Below, one piece after another: positions 11,416 through 23,983 of a stretch of DNA of 47,937 nucleotides. The stretch is from Octopus bimaculoides (Eukaryota): the NCBI RefSeq assembly GCF_001194135.2, contig NC_068989.1, positions 21,227,961 through 21,275,897 of the forward strand, written 5' to 3'. A model generated the notes under the pieces. It was not told where the DNA came from. It made no database searches and worked only from the letters and a program-made list of their open reading frames with translations. A program made the translations under genes and the position numbers. Within the stretch, counting starts at the first letter, position 1. Every line of letters begins with the position of its first letter.

Positions 11416-11489
11416 ATATACATATGTATGTATATATATATATATACATATATATATAGATAGATACATACATATATAAATACAGATAC

Positions 11490-11530
<41 letters not shown>
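11315..11530. repeat. (ACAT)n/(AT)n compound microsatellite
   Basis: Direct inspection. Confidence 0.9.
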
Positions 11531-11534
<4 letters not shown>

Positions 11535-12031
11535 GACGAGGTTAAAAATATAGAAAGAATAGACCTCATTATATTGAGCATATAGTATTTATCCAGCTGT
11601 AATGTCGCATAAGTGACTCGAAGGTTAAGCGTTTCATTCGTTGCACTTAGCAAAATTCGCACACACAATGTATTTGTGCGTGTGTGCGTGTGTGTGTGTG
11701 TGTGTTAAAACTACGCAAAACCCATCTGAAATTCAGTCACCCATGGTTTTCTGGCCGGAATATTAAATTCATTTCGCCATTTTGCAAGCTGGTATATCTA
11801 AAGAGTGGGTTAGCAACTCCATATGTATTGTTTAAATATCACTTAACCTGTTCGGAATTACTAACACAACATGTTGACATTATGAGTTTGAGAAATAGCA
11901 AAATACATTTAATATTTCAGTCAGGAAACCCTAGGTAGTTAAATATTACATATTTTTGTCTGTGTTTTTAGTTATTAATATCTTTACTCTCCCAACTGAC
12001 TGAGTTTTGTTGACCCTCTTTGCACGCAGAT

Positions 12032-12050
12032 TATCTATCTATCTATCTAA

Positions 12051-12090
<40 letters not shown>

Positions 12091-12130
12091 TTATCTATCT
12101 ATCTATCTCCATCTATCAGTCTATCTACCT
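12032..12130. repeat. (ATCT)n microsatellite
   Basis: Direct inspection. Confidence 0.9.
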
Positions 12131-12194
12131 TTCTGTCTATCTACCAATCTATTTATCTGTCTGTGTGCGTATGTGTGTATGTATTGCGCACGTG

Positions 12195-12290
12195 AATTAT
12201 TTCACGTCGTCAGCGTACACAATGTTATGCAGCTCTGTCAAATATTTTATGCAGTTTAAATGAGCAAGACCTACGAACCTTTCCATGGAT
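12195..12290 (-). mobile_element. Possible degenerate LINE RT core (YADD)
   Basis: Minus strand gives ...FVGLAHLNCIKYLTELHNIVYADDVK*, resembling the QGSxxGPxLF...YADD spacing. Short and decayed. Confidence 0.35.
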
Positions 12291-12464
12291 AAAAGACGTG
12301 TAATGTTGTTGATTGAATATCTAATAAGTGTCTAATAAAATCTATCTTTTATCTCTCAGATATAAAACCTGTTCACTGAGAGATAAAACCTGTTGTGTAG
12401 CCACTTCGTTTACATTTCCGAATGAGGTTAAACTGTATACTTTATCGGCCCTCAATTTCCACCT

Positions 12465-13135
12465 TTGGAACTGCAGTCGTTTTCTTCTGATCCCTTGCTA
12501 AAAGCATCCTCATCATTTTTGTGGAATCCACTTTTTCCTCCACTTCCAAACAAAAATCTATCATTATGCACTTCTCCCATCAAGAAAGCCTCCGTTTTTA
12601 CTGTTTCCTTCGGATCCAATTCCACGCTATACATACTTGGCCACTCCCATCCAAGTCTATTCATTTTAGATCCAAAGCATTTCTCACTTCGCATATTTAC
12701 TTGCCAAAAGCAGAAGTAACTCCATTTGCATTTTTAAGACCAAGCCACTGACTTTGACAGTATCCTTTCTATTACACTTAATGAGCCCTAGAACTTACTC
12801 CTATCTTCAAATTATTTAACGATGTTCTCTGAATTTGGAAGCATGCTTCTGTGTATTCAATGCTTAAGAAAGTCAACCCCTCCACCCAGTCAACCCCTCC
12901 ACCCAGTCAACTATCATGTTGATTGCCTTCTTCACTTGTATCGTATCCAATGTAATGAAAGCGGTCATTAACAATGAGGTTCTACATCACCTTGAATCAC
13001 TCTGATCACCAGTAAGTCTTCCGGTTAGCCAGATCCATTAGCGATAAACTCTCTTATGTCATTCACCAGTGAGCTCTCGCTTTAGAGGAGTTTGGAGCAA
13101 ACAATATTGTTGCTCTATACATCAGCATACAAATT
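12465..13135 (+). mobile_element. CR1-like LINE fragment (pre-RT and RT N-terminus), frameshifted
   Basis: FPPLPNKNLSLCTSPIKKASVFTVSFGSNSTL; ALELTPI..KLFN; WKHASVYSMLKKVNPS; SNVMKAVINNEVLHHLES; LEEFGANNIVALYIS (ALDISKAFD-like). Confidence 0.7.
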
Positions 13136-13234
13136 ACTGACAAATCTGACGACAAAGCCACTACCTAATTGTTTCAGTTTCTGAATATTGCAGTCAAATC
13201 TCTGTCAAAAGACACACTCTAGCATCTTAAAATG

Positions 13235-13475
13235 GATGTACGAATTCGTTGGTTCATATGAGCGTCGAATAAAATCTTCCGGGTATTTGTTTCGACTTTT
13301 TACAGTTCAAATCCCTCCGAGGTCAACTTTGCTCAGCATTCGTTGAGTCGATAAAAAAGCATCAATCTAAAGTGGTGGATCGATTTAGTAGAACTGTAAG
13401 AACGTCGGGCGTAATAGCTTGCGGTATTTGATCTTAATCTTTGCTGTCTTAGTTCAAATCCCACCATAGTCTACT
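13235..13475 (+). mobile_element. Two degenerate SINE family A fragments
   Basis: cagttcaaatccctccgaggtcaactttgc...gagtcgataaaa and gcttgcggtattt...ttagttcaaatcccacc. Confidence 0.5.
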
Positions 13476-14849
13476 TAGGTTGTAGATTAAACGCGTTGCC
13501 CGATTTAACATCACCACTTGAAACCTTAGATGTTTCTAGGAACTTAAATGTCATAAGTACTGCCTGCCTTCATAAGTTAAGGTATAAAATAGACAAACAT
13601 ATAATCTAGTTCTAGATATGCTGTACCAACTAAAATGAAGGGATGACCAAAAATGGAATTCTTTTGAAAATAGGTCTCCTCTATGAGAGCCGACTTGGGT
13701 TACACGATTAAATATTATACTTAGCTCTGTTTTTATACAAAGCAGCAACGTACTCAGTTTTGATATTTATCGATTGAATATTTTATCTTATTAAGGTCTT
13801 TATAATAATTTACAGTTTATAGCTGTCGGTTATATTCACTGACACACTGTTTTGATTACATAAAATTAATATTTCTAATATAAGGAGACAGAATAAATCA
13901 TTAAAACCTTAAGTGTCATTCTTAAATGCGATGTTTTTTCTCATTTGTTTCTATTATTTTTTTAAAATAATAGAATTTTAAAAAAAGGGATTGCAAAAAT
14001 AAGTTCGAATCGACAAATGAATGCTCAAGCTTTGTGACAATGTCAGCATTTAGTAAGCTCACCACCATTGGTGCTTAGCTATGACAGTAAGACAAATCAC
14101 CACTAATAATTTCACCCATATTATATGACTTTGAAGAAGGGCTACGTTTTCCTTTTTTACTACAGTCGATTACGTAAGTCAAATGCATGCAAGATATACA
14201 ATACCACAAAACGTTATCAAAATACGTAGAACATAAATTCCATTGCAGCCAATAATTGACTGGCATTAATTATATACTATGAAGAAGGTAAAATTAAATG
14301 CTTCCTTTTGGATAGCAATTCAGAAGCCTAGAATTCTGTAAATGGCCTGTAAAATAATCAGTTTGACAAATTTGGTTCTCTTTGGTAAATTTGATAACAC
14401 TTCAATGAAATTATCTAAACCTTATCAATTATTGCTCCATTTACTCTTTAAGGGGTGGAGTTTAAGCCGCTTACGTTCCAAACAAATAAACAGTATTTCA
14501 CTTTAACACAGCCAATTATGTGCCCTTGTGCCCTTTTCTTTCCCCGCAAGGTAGTAATAGTTAGGAATATAAGCTCCCGATCAACTTCCGAGTGAACAAT
14601 GAAACGTTTAATAATGTTAACGCATAATCAAATATGAATTTTTCTATTGACTCACATATAAGCTTACACAAGGAAAAAAAATCTTTTGAGACTCATAACT
14701 CGATAAATGACGATAATTTCAAGAAAAGAATTGATAAAACTAACAAACAAAAATATAAAGGGTAGAGCTCTCTTTAATCGTTTCAAATTTAATATGAACA
14801 TTAAGCCTTACAAAGACATAATGTGAATAATAGATTTTGAAATGATGGT

Positions 14850-15270
14850 TTGTATATGGTAGGAATAGACAACCGATATATATACAATAATAATCATCAA
14901 TATTCAAAATATATACGCCTGAGAGAAAAAAAACAAACACCAAATAAAATATTACAGCAACGTTATAAGAAAAAAATTATCTCCGAAGGAAAAAGTAAGA
15001 AATACAAGTGTTAAAAGAAAGAAAATTGAAGAGAAGTGTGATAGAGATTTAAAGAATGGGAGATAAATAGTATTCCTATAATCCTTAAATATCTTAATAT
15101 ATAGAATATAGAAAATACATCGAGAAAATTAATCACGGAATCCATATTAATTGGAAAAGAAAAGAGAGAGAAAAACTCATCAGATACATAACATTCTAGT
15201 AAAAACTTGATACTAGACACCGAATCCGAATCCTTTCCCGATTGTTTGAAGAAACCTAAGTTGACGTCTA
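14850..15270 (+). mobile_element. Possible highly decayed Penelope-like GIY-YIG endonuclease remnant
   Basis: A-rich, stop-riddled frame ...IYNNNHQYSKYIR...EWEINSIPIILKY..RKLITESILIGKE; weak resemblance only. Confidence 0.3.
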
Positions 15271-15532
15271 GAGAAATAGGATTGATAATGAATGAGAATA
15301 ACATAGAAAACTGTGTTCTCATGATTCATGTTTGAAAATAATGTAAAGCGGCAATAAACATAGCACGCCCACTAACAATATAATACTGACAATATTTTGA
15401 GACATCGTCTGGAACAAGGAGGCCTATTGTTGCAAACGAAACGTGCAAGTTAATAGGGAGATAATGAAATATACTGAATAAATACGTACATACATACTTC
15501 GGCAACATCTTTTAACTACCAAGTATCGAAGT

Positions 15533-15745
15533 GCATCCCTTGACCAGGTTTGCATTCACGAGAAAGATAACATCATGAGACTCGAAAAGCAACTCCTCGA
15601 ACAACATTCCTTGTCTGATAAGCTTGAATATATATCCAACATATGAGATGAAGTGATGAGCGTCAATTGGTAGAAGACCATGCAGGGATATGTTAACAGA
15701 AAGCTCCAGGATGACAGTAACATTAATAATCAAAGCAGTCTGTCA
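15533..15745 (+). mobile_element. R4/Dong-like LINE post-RT fragment
   Basis: ASLDQVCIHEKDN...W*KTMQGYVNRKLQDDSNINNQSSL resembles the WxxKxMHGxY...IDxxxS region of R4-clade ORFs. Confidence 0.4.
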
Positions 15746-15879
15746 GGCACCAACAACCGGAGTACTGTATGTTTGCGCGTGTGTATATAGCTTTGTTAGT
15801 ACAAATAACATAAATAGGACGCAATATGAGCTTATATGCATAAATGTATATATGCTTTTATTCTTTTAATGGCTTTAAT

Positions 15880-16393
15880 TGTAGGACTACGGCCTTAATT
15901 TATTTTCTCAGTTTTATTGTCACTTTATGGTTGGAAGTTGGTCTATGATTGAGCTTGTAGCTACTGATCTTCCTTGAGGAGAATGGTTTGTTGATTTGGT
16001 ATCGTCGTTAAGAGTTTATCCAATGTCTTTTTTTTTATGTTTCAGTACAGGCTCCTTTTATATTTCTAATTTCTTTAGATAGACAGTTGAACAGTTCAGG
16101 ATCTCTGTGTATCAGTCTAGTACAACTGGGAGTTTTTGTTCATGATTTCAAAGGTGATATATTTGGAATCTAACAATATCTACCAATTCGTGCATCAAAA
16201 CTCTCTCATGCTGAAGTTTGGAACGTGCCCTTCCAGGTTTTTCCATACGTATATGATAATATATCTCTCTCTTCGGCGTTCAAGAGAGTAAAGACACAGA
16301 GCTTTCAGATGTTCTCGGTGATTAAGGCTTTCAACCTAAGTTATTTTGCTTGTGAATGTTCTTTGTAACCCTTCAATTTCTTCTATGAGACCG
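15880..16393 (-). mobile_element. CR1-like LINE 3' fragment, second copy of the 8895-9440 family
   Basis: Colinear by eye with 8930-9440; encodes ...HLKALCLYSLERRRERYIIIYVWKNLEGHVPNFS. Confidence 0.8.
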
Positions 16394-16849
16394 GATATGT
16401 TAGGAGAAAGTCTTGAGGTATCGACGTGCGCGTTCATATTCTTCTTGTTCAGCTGTTTTGTCCCAGGTTAGCACTCAAGCTAGCTGAGACTAGGAGAATT
16501 AAAGTCCCCCGTTGAAAGTACATTAACCTGTGGGCTTGCTTGACTTAGGTTTTGACTTATGAGTGATAAAGCATCTCTGAAGTGTTCTTGGTGGTTAGGT
16601 GTTTCAGGAGAACGGTAGGTTTTGCCTGTGATCAAATTGAGGCCGATCACATGTATAGCACACTGTGTTCGAATGGGAGAGGAGGACGTTTGTTTCCAGG
16701 TCTTTACAGACGAAGACCGCTACTTCAAGTTGTAACATCTACACGCTTCAATAGATGCGAGGGTTAGTACAGTTAGTTCCTTGGATGTAATTTAAATTTA
16801 AGCACTGGTAAATACAGTCCCATAATAAATGTAACGAGAAATTAATTAT

Positions 16850-17022
16850 GCTGTTTTCAAGGCCAGTAATTTTGAAGGATATGGATAGTCAATTACATCG
16901 ACTGCAGTTCTTGAGAGTTACTTTAATTCATCGATCCCGAAAAAATGAAAGGCACAGTTGAGCTATGTAGAATTTGAAGGCTCTTCACCAACGTTCTAAC
17001 GAATCTGTCAGCTCACCAACTT
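16850..17022 (-). mobile_element. SINE family A (degenerate)
   Basis: ggccagtaattttg...aattacatcgac...catcgatcccgaaaaaatgaaaggcacagttgagc...tagaatttgaa. Confidence 0.65.
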
Positions 17023-17249
17023 AGGGATTTCAGTGTATTTTTTTATATATATTCCAATTTTCATGCAATATTCCTGAAAACTTTGCTAAGAATATTTAGG
17101 TATATAGTAAGTGTATATGAAGCTTATATTTTAACGAGTAATCATTTATTACTGCTGCTCATTATCACAATGACGCATTGAATAGTTTCAAACTTATAAG
17201 AAACTATATACAAAATATCACTAGTTCTATAAACACAAAATAAGATACG

Positions 17250-18160
17250 TAATATTATATGGTATAATCCCATATCTGGATTAAATGTTCTACAGAAATT
17301 TGGCAGAGCTCCTCAGAGCTTAATTAATAAACATTCTTCATCGGTCGCATGTATCATAAGAATGTTACTAAGTAACTTATAATATTATCAAAAGCGTGAC
17401 TATTTTTACATCTAATATCAACAGAAGGAAACTATGCAATACTAAGACACAAAACACTTCTCCGATATCTCGTTGCAACATTCTTAATATCTGCTGTTTC
17501 AATGATATGATTTGATTTTCTAAACCATCGAATCGGGGAACTAAGATCTCAAGTAAATCTTAGAAAAGATAGTGTAACAAAACGCTATAAATGAATATGG
17601 AACTAGAAATAGACATTTAAATCCGAGATTTAGATAACAATTTCTCATTCAAATCCCTAGGAATAGATGAAATGTTTAAAATTCGACAAATGGAAATGGA
17701 AGACAAAAGTAGGAAAGAATACTACAGAAGATTAAGACTAAGACTAAAAACTGAACCTAATGCAAGAAATAAGGTGCTATGTATCAACAATACACTGGCC
17801 ATTCCACTTATAAATTATAGCTGCAATATAAATCTGGAGAGTCATTAGAAAAGTTTAGACAAAAAACAAGGGAACTATTCACAGCATATTGAAGTTTATA
17901 TCCCAAAGAAGGAATAAGCACTATAAAAAGTGGATGTGGTGCGACATAAATAGAAAACTACTATAAGATAACAACTGTCGAATAAAGAATGAATGGAAGA
18001 TTGATAAAACGATAACGAAACATTTAAAAATCAGACAATTTTCTCCGTGCCAAACAGAAACGAACAATGCTGAAAGAATAAATTTAGATAACAATGCAAC
18101 GGATATAGTTAAAAAGATAAAGCACAACATGGAAACAAAATTACAAAGTATACTAAAGAA
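17250..18160 (+). mobile_element. R4/Dong-like LINE RT fragment, decayed
   Basis: FKSLGIDE (YKYLG-like), KEYYRRLRLRLKTEPNARNK..LAIPLINYS, EKLDKKTRELF-like segment at 17648-17890. Confidence 0.65.
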
Positions 18161-18172
18161 GTATTATAAGAC

Positions 18173-18539
18173 ACTAGCTGGGCCCCGTGCCGTCAAAAAT
18201 GATGGCTAATTGTATTTTATATATATAAATAACGTACAAAACCAAGATTTTGGTTTAATAATTCTTTTATGACTAAACTTTTTGTGAAAAATCTATCCGC
18301 AACTAACATCATTTAACTGCTTGTTTCCTTCAAAAGAATTTTTAAGTTTTCCTTCCCTCTTGTCCAAATTAAGGCCACATGAAGCTGGCCGTGACTAAAT
18401 ACGGGAACTGGCAAATACACAGAATTGAAACGCTGTTTGATTTTTTCTTTTCAGCGTTAAATGTTCACCATCCCACTTCCATTGCACACACACACATACA
18501 CACACACACACACACACANNNNNNNNNNCACGCACGCAC

Positions 18540-18570
<31 letters not shown>

Positions 18571-19266
18571 AACATTCACATACCTCCCTTTATATACACA
18601 CACATAAAATAAACATACACAGAGTTTAAACGCTGTTTGATTTATCTTTTCACCGTACAGTTTCCATCATCCCACTACGAAGTTTGCCATCACTCCCTCC
18701 TTCTTTATTCATCTATCACTCCTATCTTTCTCATTCATATGTTGTGACGGAGAAAAACACAAGAATATTAATATGGTAGATAAGGAACAAAACCAAGTTT
18801 TTTGTTTAATAATTCTTTTACTACCAAACTTGTGAAAAGTCTATCGGCAACTAACATCCTTTGACTGCTTGTTTCCTGCAAAAGAATTTTAAAGTTTTCC
18901 TTCCTTCTTGTTCGACTTGAGGCCACATAAAGTTGGTCGTGACTAAATACGGGAGCTGGTAAGTAAATACCAAATACACAGAGTTGAAACACTGTTTGAT
19001 TTTCCTTTTCAGCGTTGAATGCTAACCATCCCACTTCCATTGCACGCGCACACGCACACACAAACACACACACACAAACACACATTCACATACCCCCTTT
19101 TACATACACGCATATATTCACACAGAGTTGAAACGCTGTTTGATTTATTTTTTCAGAGTACAATTTTCATCATCCCGCTACCAATTATGACATCACCCCT
19201 TCCTTCCTTATTCATCTATCCCTTTCTTTTCTCATTCATAAACACAAGATTATTATCATAGTAGAT
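18173..19266. mobile_element. Non-autonomous Helitron/Helentron-type (HINE/DINE-like) element with internal 552-bp tandem duplication
   Basis: Begins ACTAGCTGGGCCCCGTGCCGTCAAAAATGATGGC (subterminal stem gccgtca/tgatggc), ends ...TATTATCATAGTAGAT, internal (CA)n. Units start at 18236 and 18788. Confidence 0.5.
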
Positions 19267-19916
19267 TATCTCGGTAACCATAGGAGCTATGAAAAAAGAT
19301 ACAAAGCCCAGCAACACCACCGGATCATTCTACACATCTGCGTAATTTTTCGCGCAATTCCACCCAACCGTTTGATTGTGAATCCCAAGACAAGAAAATA
19401 TACAAGAAAAAATCAACAATGTCAAATTTATATGTATAGATGTACATTGCAATGAATATCAACTATAGAAAAGGAAACCGGTTGGTAATTATGTGCTTTG
19501 GAATACCTAATGGTGCAAGTTTGTAGTTATGTGCTTTTCAGTGTTTAATAACGTATTTTTTAAATAGCTTGAATGTGGATATGTGGCTTAGAATACATAA
19601 TGCTGAAATAATTTGATTGTAGTGACGTATATTGGATATGATAAGGCATTTTGAAATAAGTTCCTTCTGATAAACTGTTTCTAAATGTGTATTATTGTAT
19701 TTTGAAATAATTTGTTTGTAATTATTTACTTTTAAATTAATCATGCATAATATAAAGGAAGAATACATTTTCTTCTTTTTACTATACACCAAGTGGTAAT
19801 ACTATTAAATTGGGCTCACATGCTCTCTAGGACGACAACCAGGGGGAGATGAATACCTAATCACCAACACATAAACTTGTACACGCTTCAGGGTGGTTGA
19901 ACCTTACTCTAGTTAA

Positions 19917-20170
19917 ATCTTTATATAGATAAAGCTGAGAATGTGTGTGTGTCTGTGTCTGTGTGTGTGCATCACTAAAACTTGAGAACTACCCAACCGA
20001 TTTCATTCAAATTTTACACATGCCCTACTTAGGGTCCATAAGTGTCATGAGCCAAAACACTTTTGAACTCTTGTCTAATGCGAGCCGGAAGCAATGTCTT
20101 ACCTCTTACACTATTTCAGTATAATGTGTCAAAAGTGAAACAATAACATCTCTATTTTAATGTGATTTAC
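19917..20170. mobile_element. Non-autonomous Helitron/Helentron-type element fragment
   Basis: ATCTTTATATAGATAAAGCTGAGAATGTGTGTGTGTCTGT...AACCGATTTCATTCAAATTTTACAC is a terminus layout typical of such elements. Confidence 0.5.
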
Positions 20171-20229
20171 GTTCAGTCTTAATACTGGAGCTATTATATA
20201 CTTACACTATTGATATTGAAACTATTATC

Positions 20230-20253
20230 TCACATATATACATGCATACAGAC

Positions 20254-20345
<92 letters not shown>

Positions 20346-20590
20346 ATATGTATACATATATCTGCACATATATATGTATGTATATATATGTATATATGTA
20401 AGTATTTATATGTATATGTATGTATATATATATGTGTGTGTGTATATATGTATAAATATATGTATGCATGTGTACATGTGTATATATATGTGTGCATATA
20501 TATGNNNNNNNNNNNNNNNNNNNNNNNNNNNNNNNNNNNNNNTATATATATATATATATATATGTATATACATATTTATGTATATATACA
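20230..20590. repeat. (CA)n/(TA)n/(TATG)n compound microsatellite with N gap 20505-20542
   Basis: Direct inspection. Confidence 0.95.
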
Positions 20591-20599
20591 TGCATATAA

Positions 20600-21200
20600 A
20601 AGCAAAATACGCAGCAGGATATCAAGAGGTGATGCAGTACGATTGTTTCAAGCGGCTCCATCTAATTGTACAGTGCAATCATTACATCAATTTAAATGCA
20701 AATCTATCCTCAGCTGCAGAAATAAATAGAATTTTTTAATCAGTTAGACACATTAATATAATTTTACTCAAATTCTCTAATAGAGCAAGAATAGGGAGAA
20801 ATTGTAGGGTTAAATCCCACTGTGCGTTATTAGGCCGATGTTTAACCCAAAACGTAATCTATAAACGTACTATCACAACTGTAGCTGATAACTTTGTATA
20901 TATAGGATGTTCGATAAATATGAAAAAAAAAACGCATTAATAACCATTTTTCATATTTTAGGGTCAAACATCAGGCCAATTGTACGTCCTTATCTGAAGG
21001 AAAGCGGAATCGAATTTAGCCTTGAATGAGATATTATAAGGAAAGCGCAACCTTATAGAGATAGTCGGTACGGGTGCGAGCTGTGCTCTATGGGAAGTTA
21101 TGAAATTTTTAAGTATAGGGACAAGAGCAACTTGGTTAATAATAGATTAGACCTAAGGGTAGCATGCGTACATAGTGTCACCCGTATATTTAAATATTTT
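20600..21200 (+). mobile_element. Penelope-like element fragment (GIY-YIG endonuclease), decayed
   Basis: RNCRVKSHCALLGRCLTQNVIYKRTITTVADNFVYIGCS (VIY...YIG) then LKESGIEFSLE*DIIRKAQPY...CELC..YEIFKYRDKSNLVNNRLDL. Confidence 0.75.
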
Positions 21201-22394
21201 CGAAGTTAGCGTTTATAGGTGCTGCACTTGAACCTGGACAGGAGAAATTAATTTTAGGAGAAATTTAATAGGAAATTAAATTTCAGGAGAAATCTTATTC
21301 TAGCGGGTAATGTGAAGTTACCCGCTAGTATTATATATAATAAGTTATATATATTTTCTTACTATTCTCTATAATTTCTTACTATTGTATTTTCTTATTT
21401 TGATATCTTTACCAATTAACCTCTTATCTCTTATAAGTTATTAATGTTCTTAAAGAGAAATATAAACTTTGTAGAAGAGTTGATTATAACATACCCACAA
21501 TAAAGTACAAATATTGTGTATATTTGCATGGCTGCACATAGTTAAATATGTATCTGTACACAACTCATTTTTTCGATTGTCTTCTGATTCTTAGCCTATA
21601 TTTAATATAAAGATAGCACAATTTATCGACTCAGTATTCCATAAGTAAATACCCAGAGTAATCTTTATAGAAACCACCTGATAAGTAAATAATTAAGTAC
21701 AGGTATGAATATTAAACTAATTCAATGTGATCTTTCCTTTTTAATGTTAAAAATTGGTATATAAACACAGTTTACCTATTCTGGTTATAATATCATTTTT
21801 AGTAATCTTAAATGTTATTTTCATACAACATAACAATATTGTTTATATACAATCATCCATTGTACCCCATGATAAATTCCTCTGTATTAACATCATAGGT
21901 TTGATTAGCGTCTTGCCCCTTTAACTGGCCATTATCGTCTTGAATTAGGGTCCTCCCCTACCCAGCCTCCTTTATAGACAATTATAAATTTTCAAAATCC
22001 TCACAATATTTATGACCATACCCAACCATAAACTGTCAACTCGGCTTACAAAGAATAAATAATGTGGGGAGAGAGAGTGAGAAAGAAGTAGCTTAACTGG
22101 GTGGTCGAAAACAATTTGTAGGAAGAAAGGACCAATAGTAGAGTAAAAGCGAAGGACAGGTAGATACTGTGGCTGCTATAATGTCGTCACATATTTTAAT
22201 TAGCAATAGCTTGGTAACAGGAGCACTTTTCATGACTCCCTAGACTAGGGAGCCAAAGGGAGAAAGTTATCCTCATACCACATATCTAACCAGAATGATT
22301 TCAAGAGACTTGCCAATGTTGATGGCACTCATGTTCTAGTTGTTGATGGTAAGCCAAGTGACAGATGAAACATACCACTTCAAATGAGGAATGT

Positions 22395-22560
22395 TTCATC
22401 CAGCAAGTTTCCATACAGTTTCTGTCTGCAAAAATTCACTCCCTAGAATTTGGATGAACGTAAGTTATAAGAGAGGAACTCTACGAAAATGCTGTTCAAT
22501 GGAATTAGAATGAAAACTGAATGGTCGCTAAGAGATCATCGTAGCTACACTGCCTTGCCT
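22395..22560 (-). mobile_element. SINE family B, degenerate
   Basis: cagtttctgtctgcaaaaattcactc...gtggaattagaatgaaaaactg...gctacac. Confidence 0.45.
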
Positions 22561-23535
22561 CTTGCATTCGAATGTTTTTAAATGATGTCCCTTAAAGAGG
22601 TGGAGCAAATTTTGTTGCGTTGCCCCCACATGTACTGTGCTTAAGAAACGGCCTCGCTGAGCACTTGATGCCATTACAGTACTCGATTATAGCTGCCTTG
22701 GGGTTGAAGAACAGCAGAAACAACATAACTAAAAAGGCATAAACATGAGTATAAAATGTTGCTGAATTACGTTATGTTGCCTGCAGGAAAATGAATTACT
22801 TTACTTTTCGTAAAAATCCTTTTATCGCGGAAGGGTAATAAGATAGCTCGATAAATTCATTTTTAGTTGAAGTTTGTAATATAAAGTTTGGGGATTTCAA
22901 ATTTGTTTGAGAGTGATGAAAGGGGAAAAAGAGACGGTGTCATTTGGGCTGGAGAAGATAAAGTAAGAAAGAAACTAATGTTGAGTGTATGATGTGGTGA
23001 AGTAAGATAGCCAAGAGACAGATTACTAACACTATGGGGCTAGGAATCAGAGATGCAAGATGGACAAAGAGGATGCTAGGAATTGGATAGAGATTATAAA
23101 ATTATTCAGGGCTTCGAGCAAGAGTTCAGCTACAGAAGAGAAAAACGGGAGGTAATGAAAGTGGAAGACGGAGAACAACAGCACATCGAAATAACTATTA
23201 ACGGTTATAAACACGCGTACACTAAATACAGAAATATACACAATTCATTAAATTAAGTCGTATAGAAAATTACTAATTCTGAACGAACAGGAGAAAAAAA
23301 AAGGAAGCATTTCGCCTTTGCTATTAAATAACATATAAGAACCACAACACGCACATACAACCCGCCCACATACAGTCAGACAAAAAGCCCCATGCAGCAC
23401 ACACATTCACACACGTAGACGTATGAATACACAACATACATGCGCGCACACGCAGACATTTGTGTGTGTGTATATATATATATATATTATATATTATATA
23501 TATGTTTGTATATATATATACATATATATATATAT

Positions 23536-23826
23536 NNNNNNNNNNNNNNNNNNNNNNNNNNNNNNNNNNNNNNNNNNNNNNNNNNNNNNNNNNNNNNNNN
23601 NNNNNNNNNNNNNNNNNNNNNNNNNNNNNNNNNNNNNNNNNNNNNNNNNNNNNNNNNNNNNNNNNNNNNNNNNNNNNNNNNNNNNNNNNNNNNNNNNNNN
23701 NNNNNNNNNNNNNNNNNNNNNNNNNNNNNNNNNNNNNNNNNNNNNNNNNNNNNNNNNNNNNNNNNNNNNNNNNNNNNNNNNNNNNNNNNNNNNNNNNNNN
23801 NNNNNNNNNNNNNNNNNNNNNNNNNN
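23536..23826. other. Assembly gap (N)
   Basis: N run between (TA)n tracts. Confidence 0.99.
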
Positions 23827-23983
23827 AGTAATCGTTTGCAAACCTGTGTGTGTGCATATATATATATATATATATATACATATACACGAGCAGAGACATA
23901 GAAACACTATTATGTAGAAATATACTCGCCCATGCGCCAAAACCGTACATAAATGTACACATCTATATCGATATTAATGAACA

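Noticed and set aside
12200-12222. Minus-strand CTGACGA...GAAA as a hammerhead core
   Set aside because: No room for stem II; the same bases read as YADDVK of a LINE RT.
22236-22252. 17-bp palindrome CTCCCTAG-A-CTAGGGAG
   Set aside because: Isolated and short, with no repeat partner or context; plausible by chance in 48 kb.
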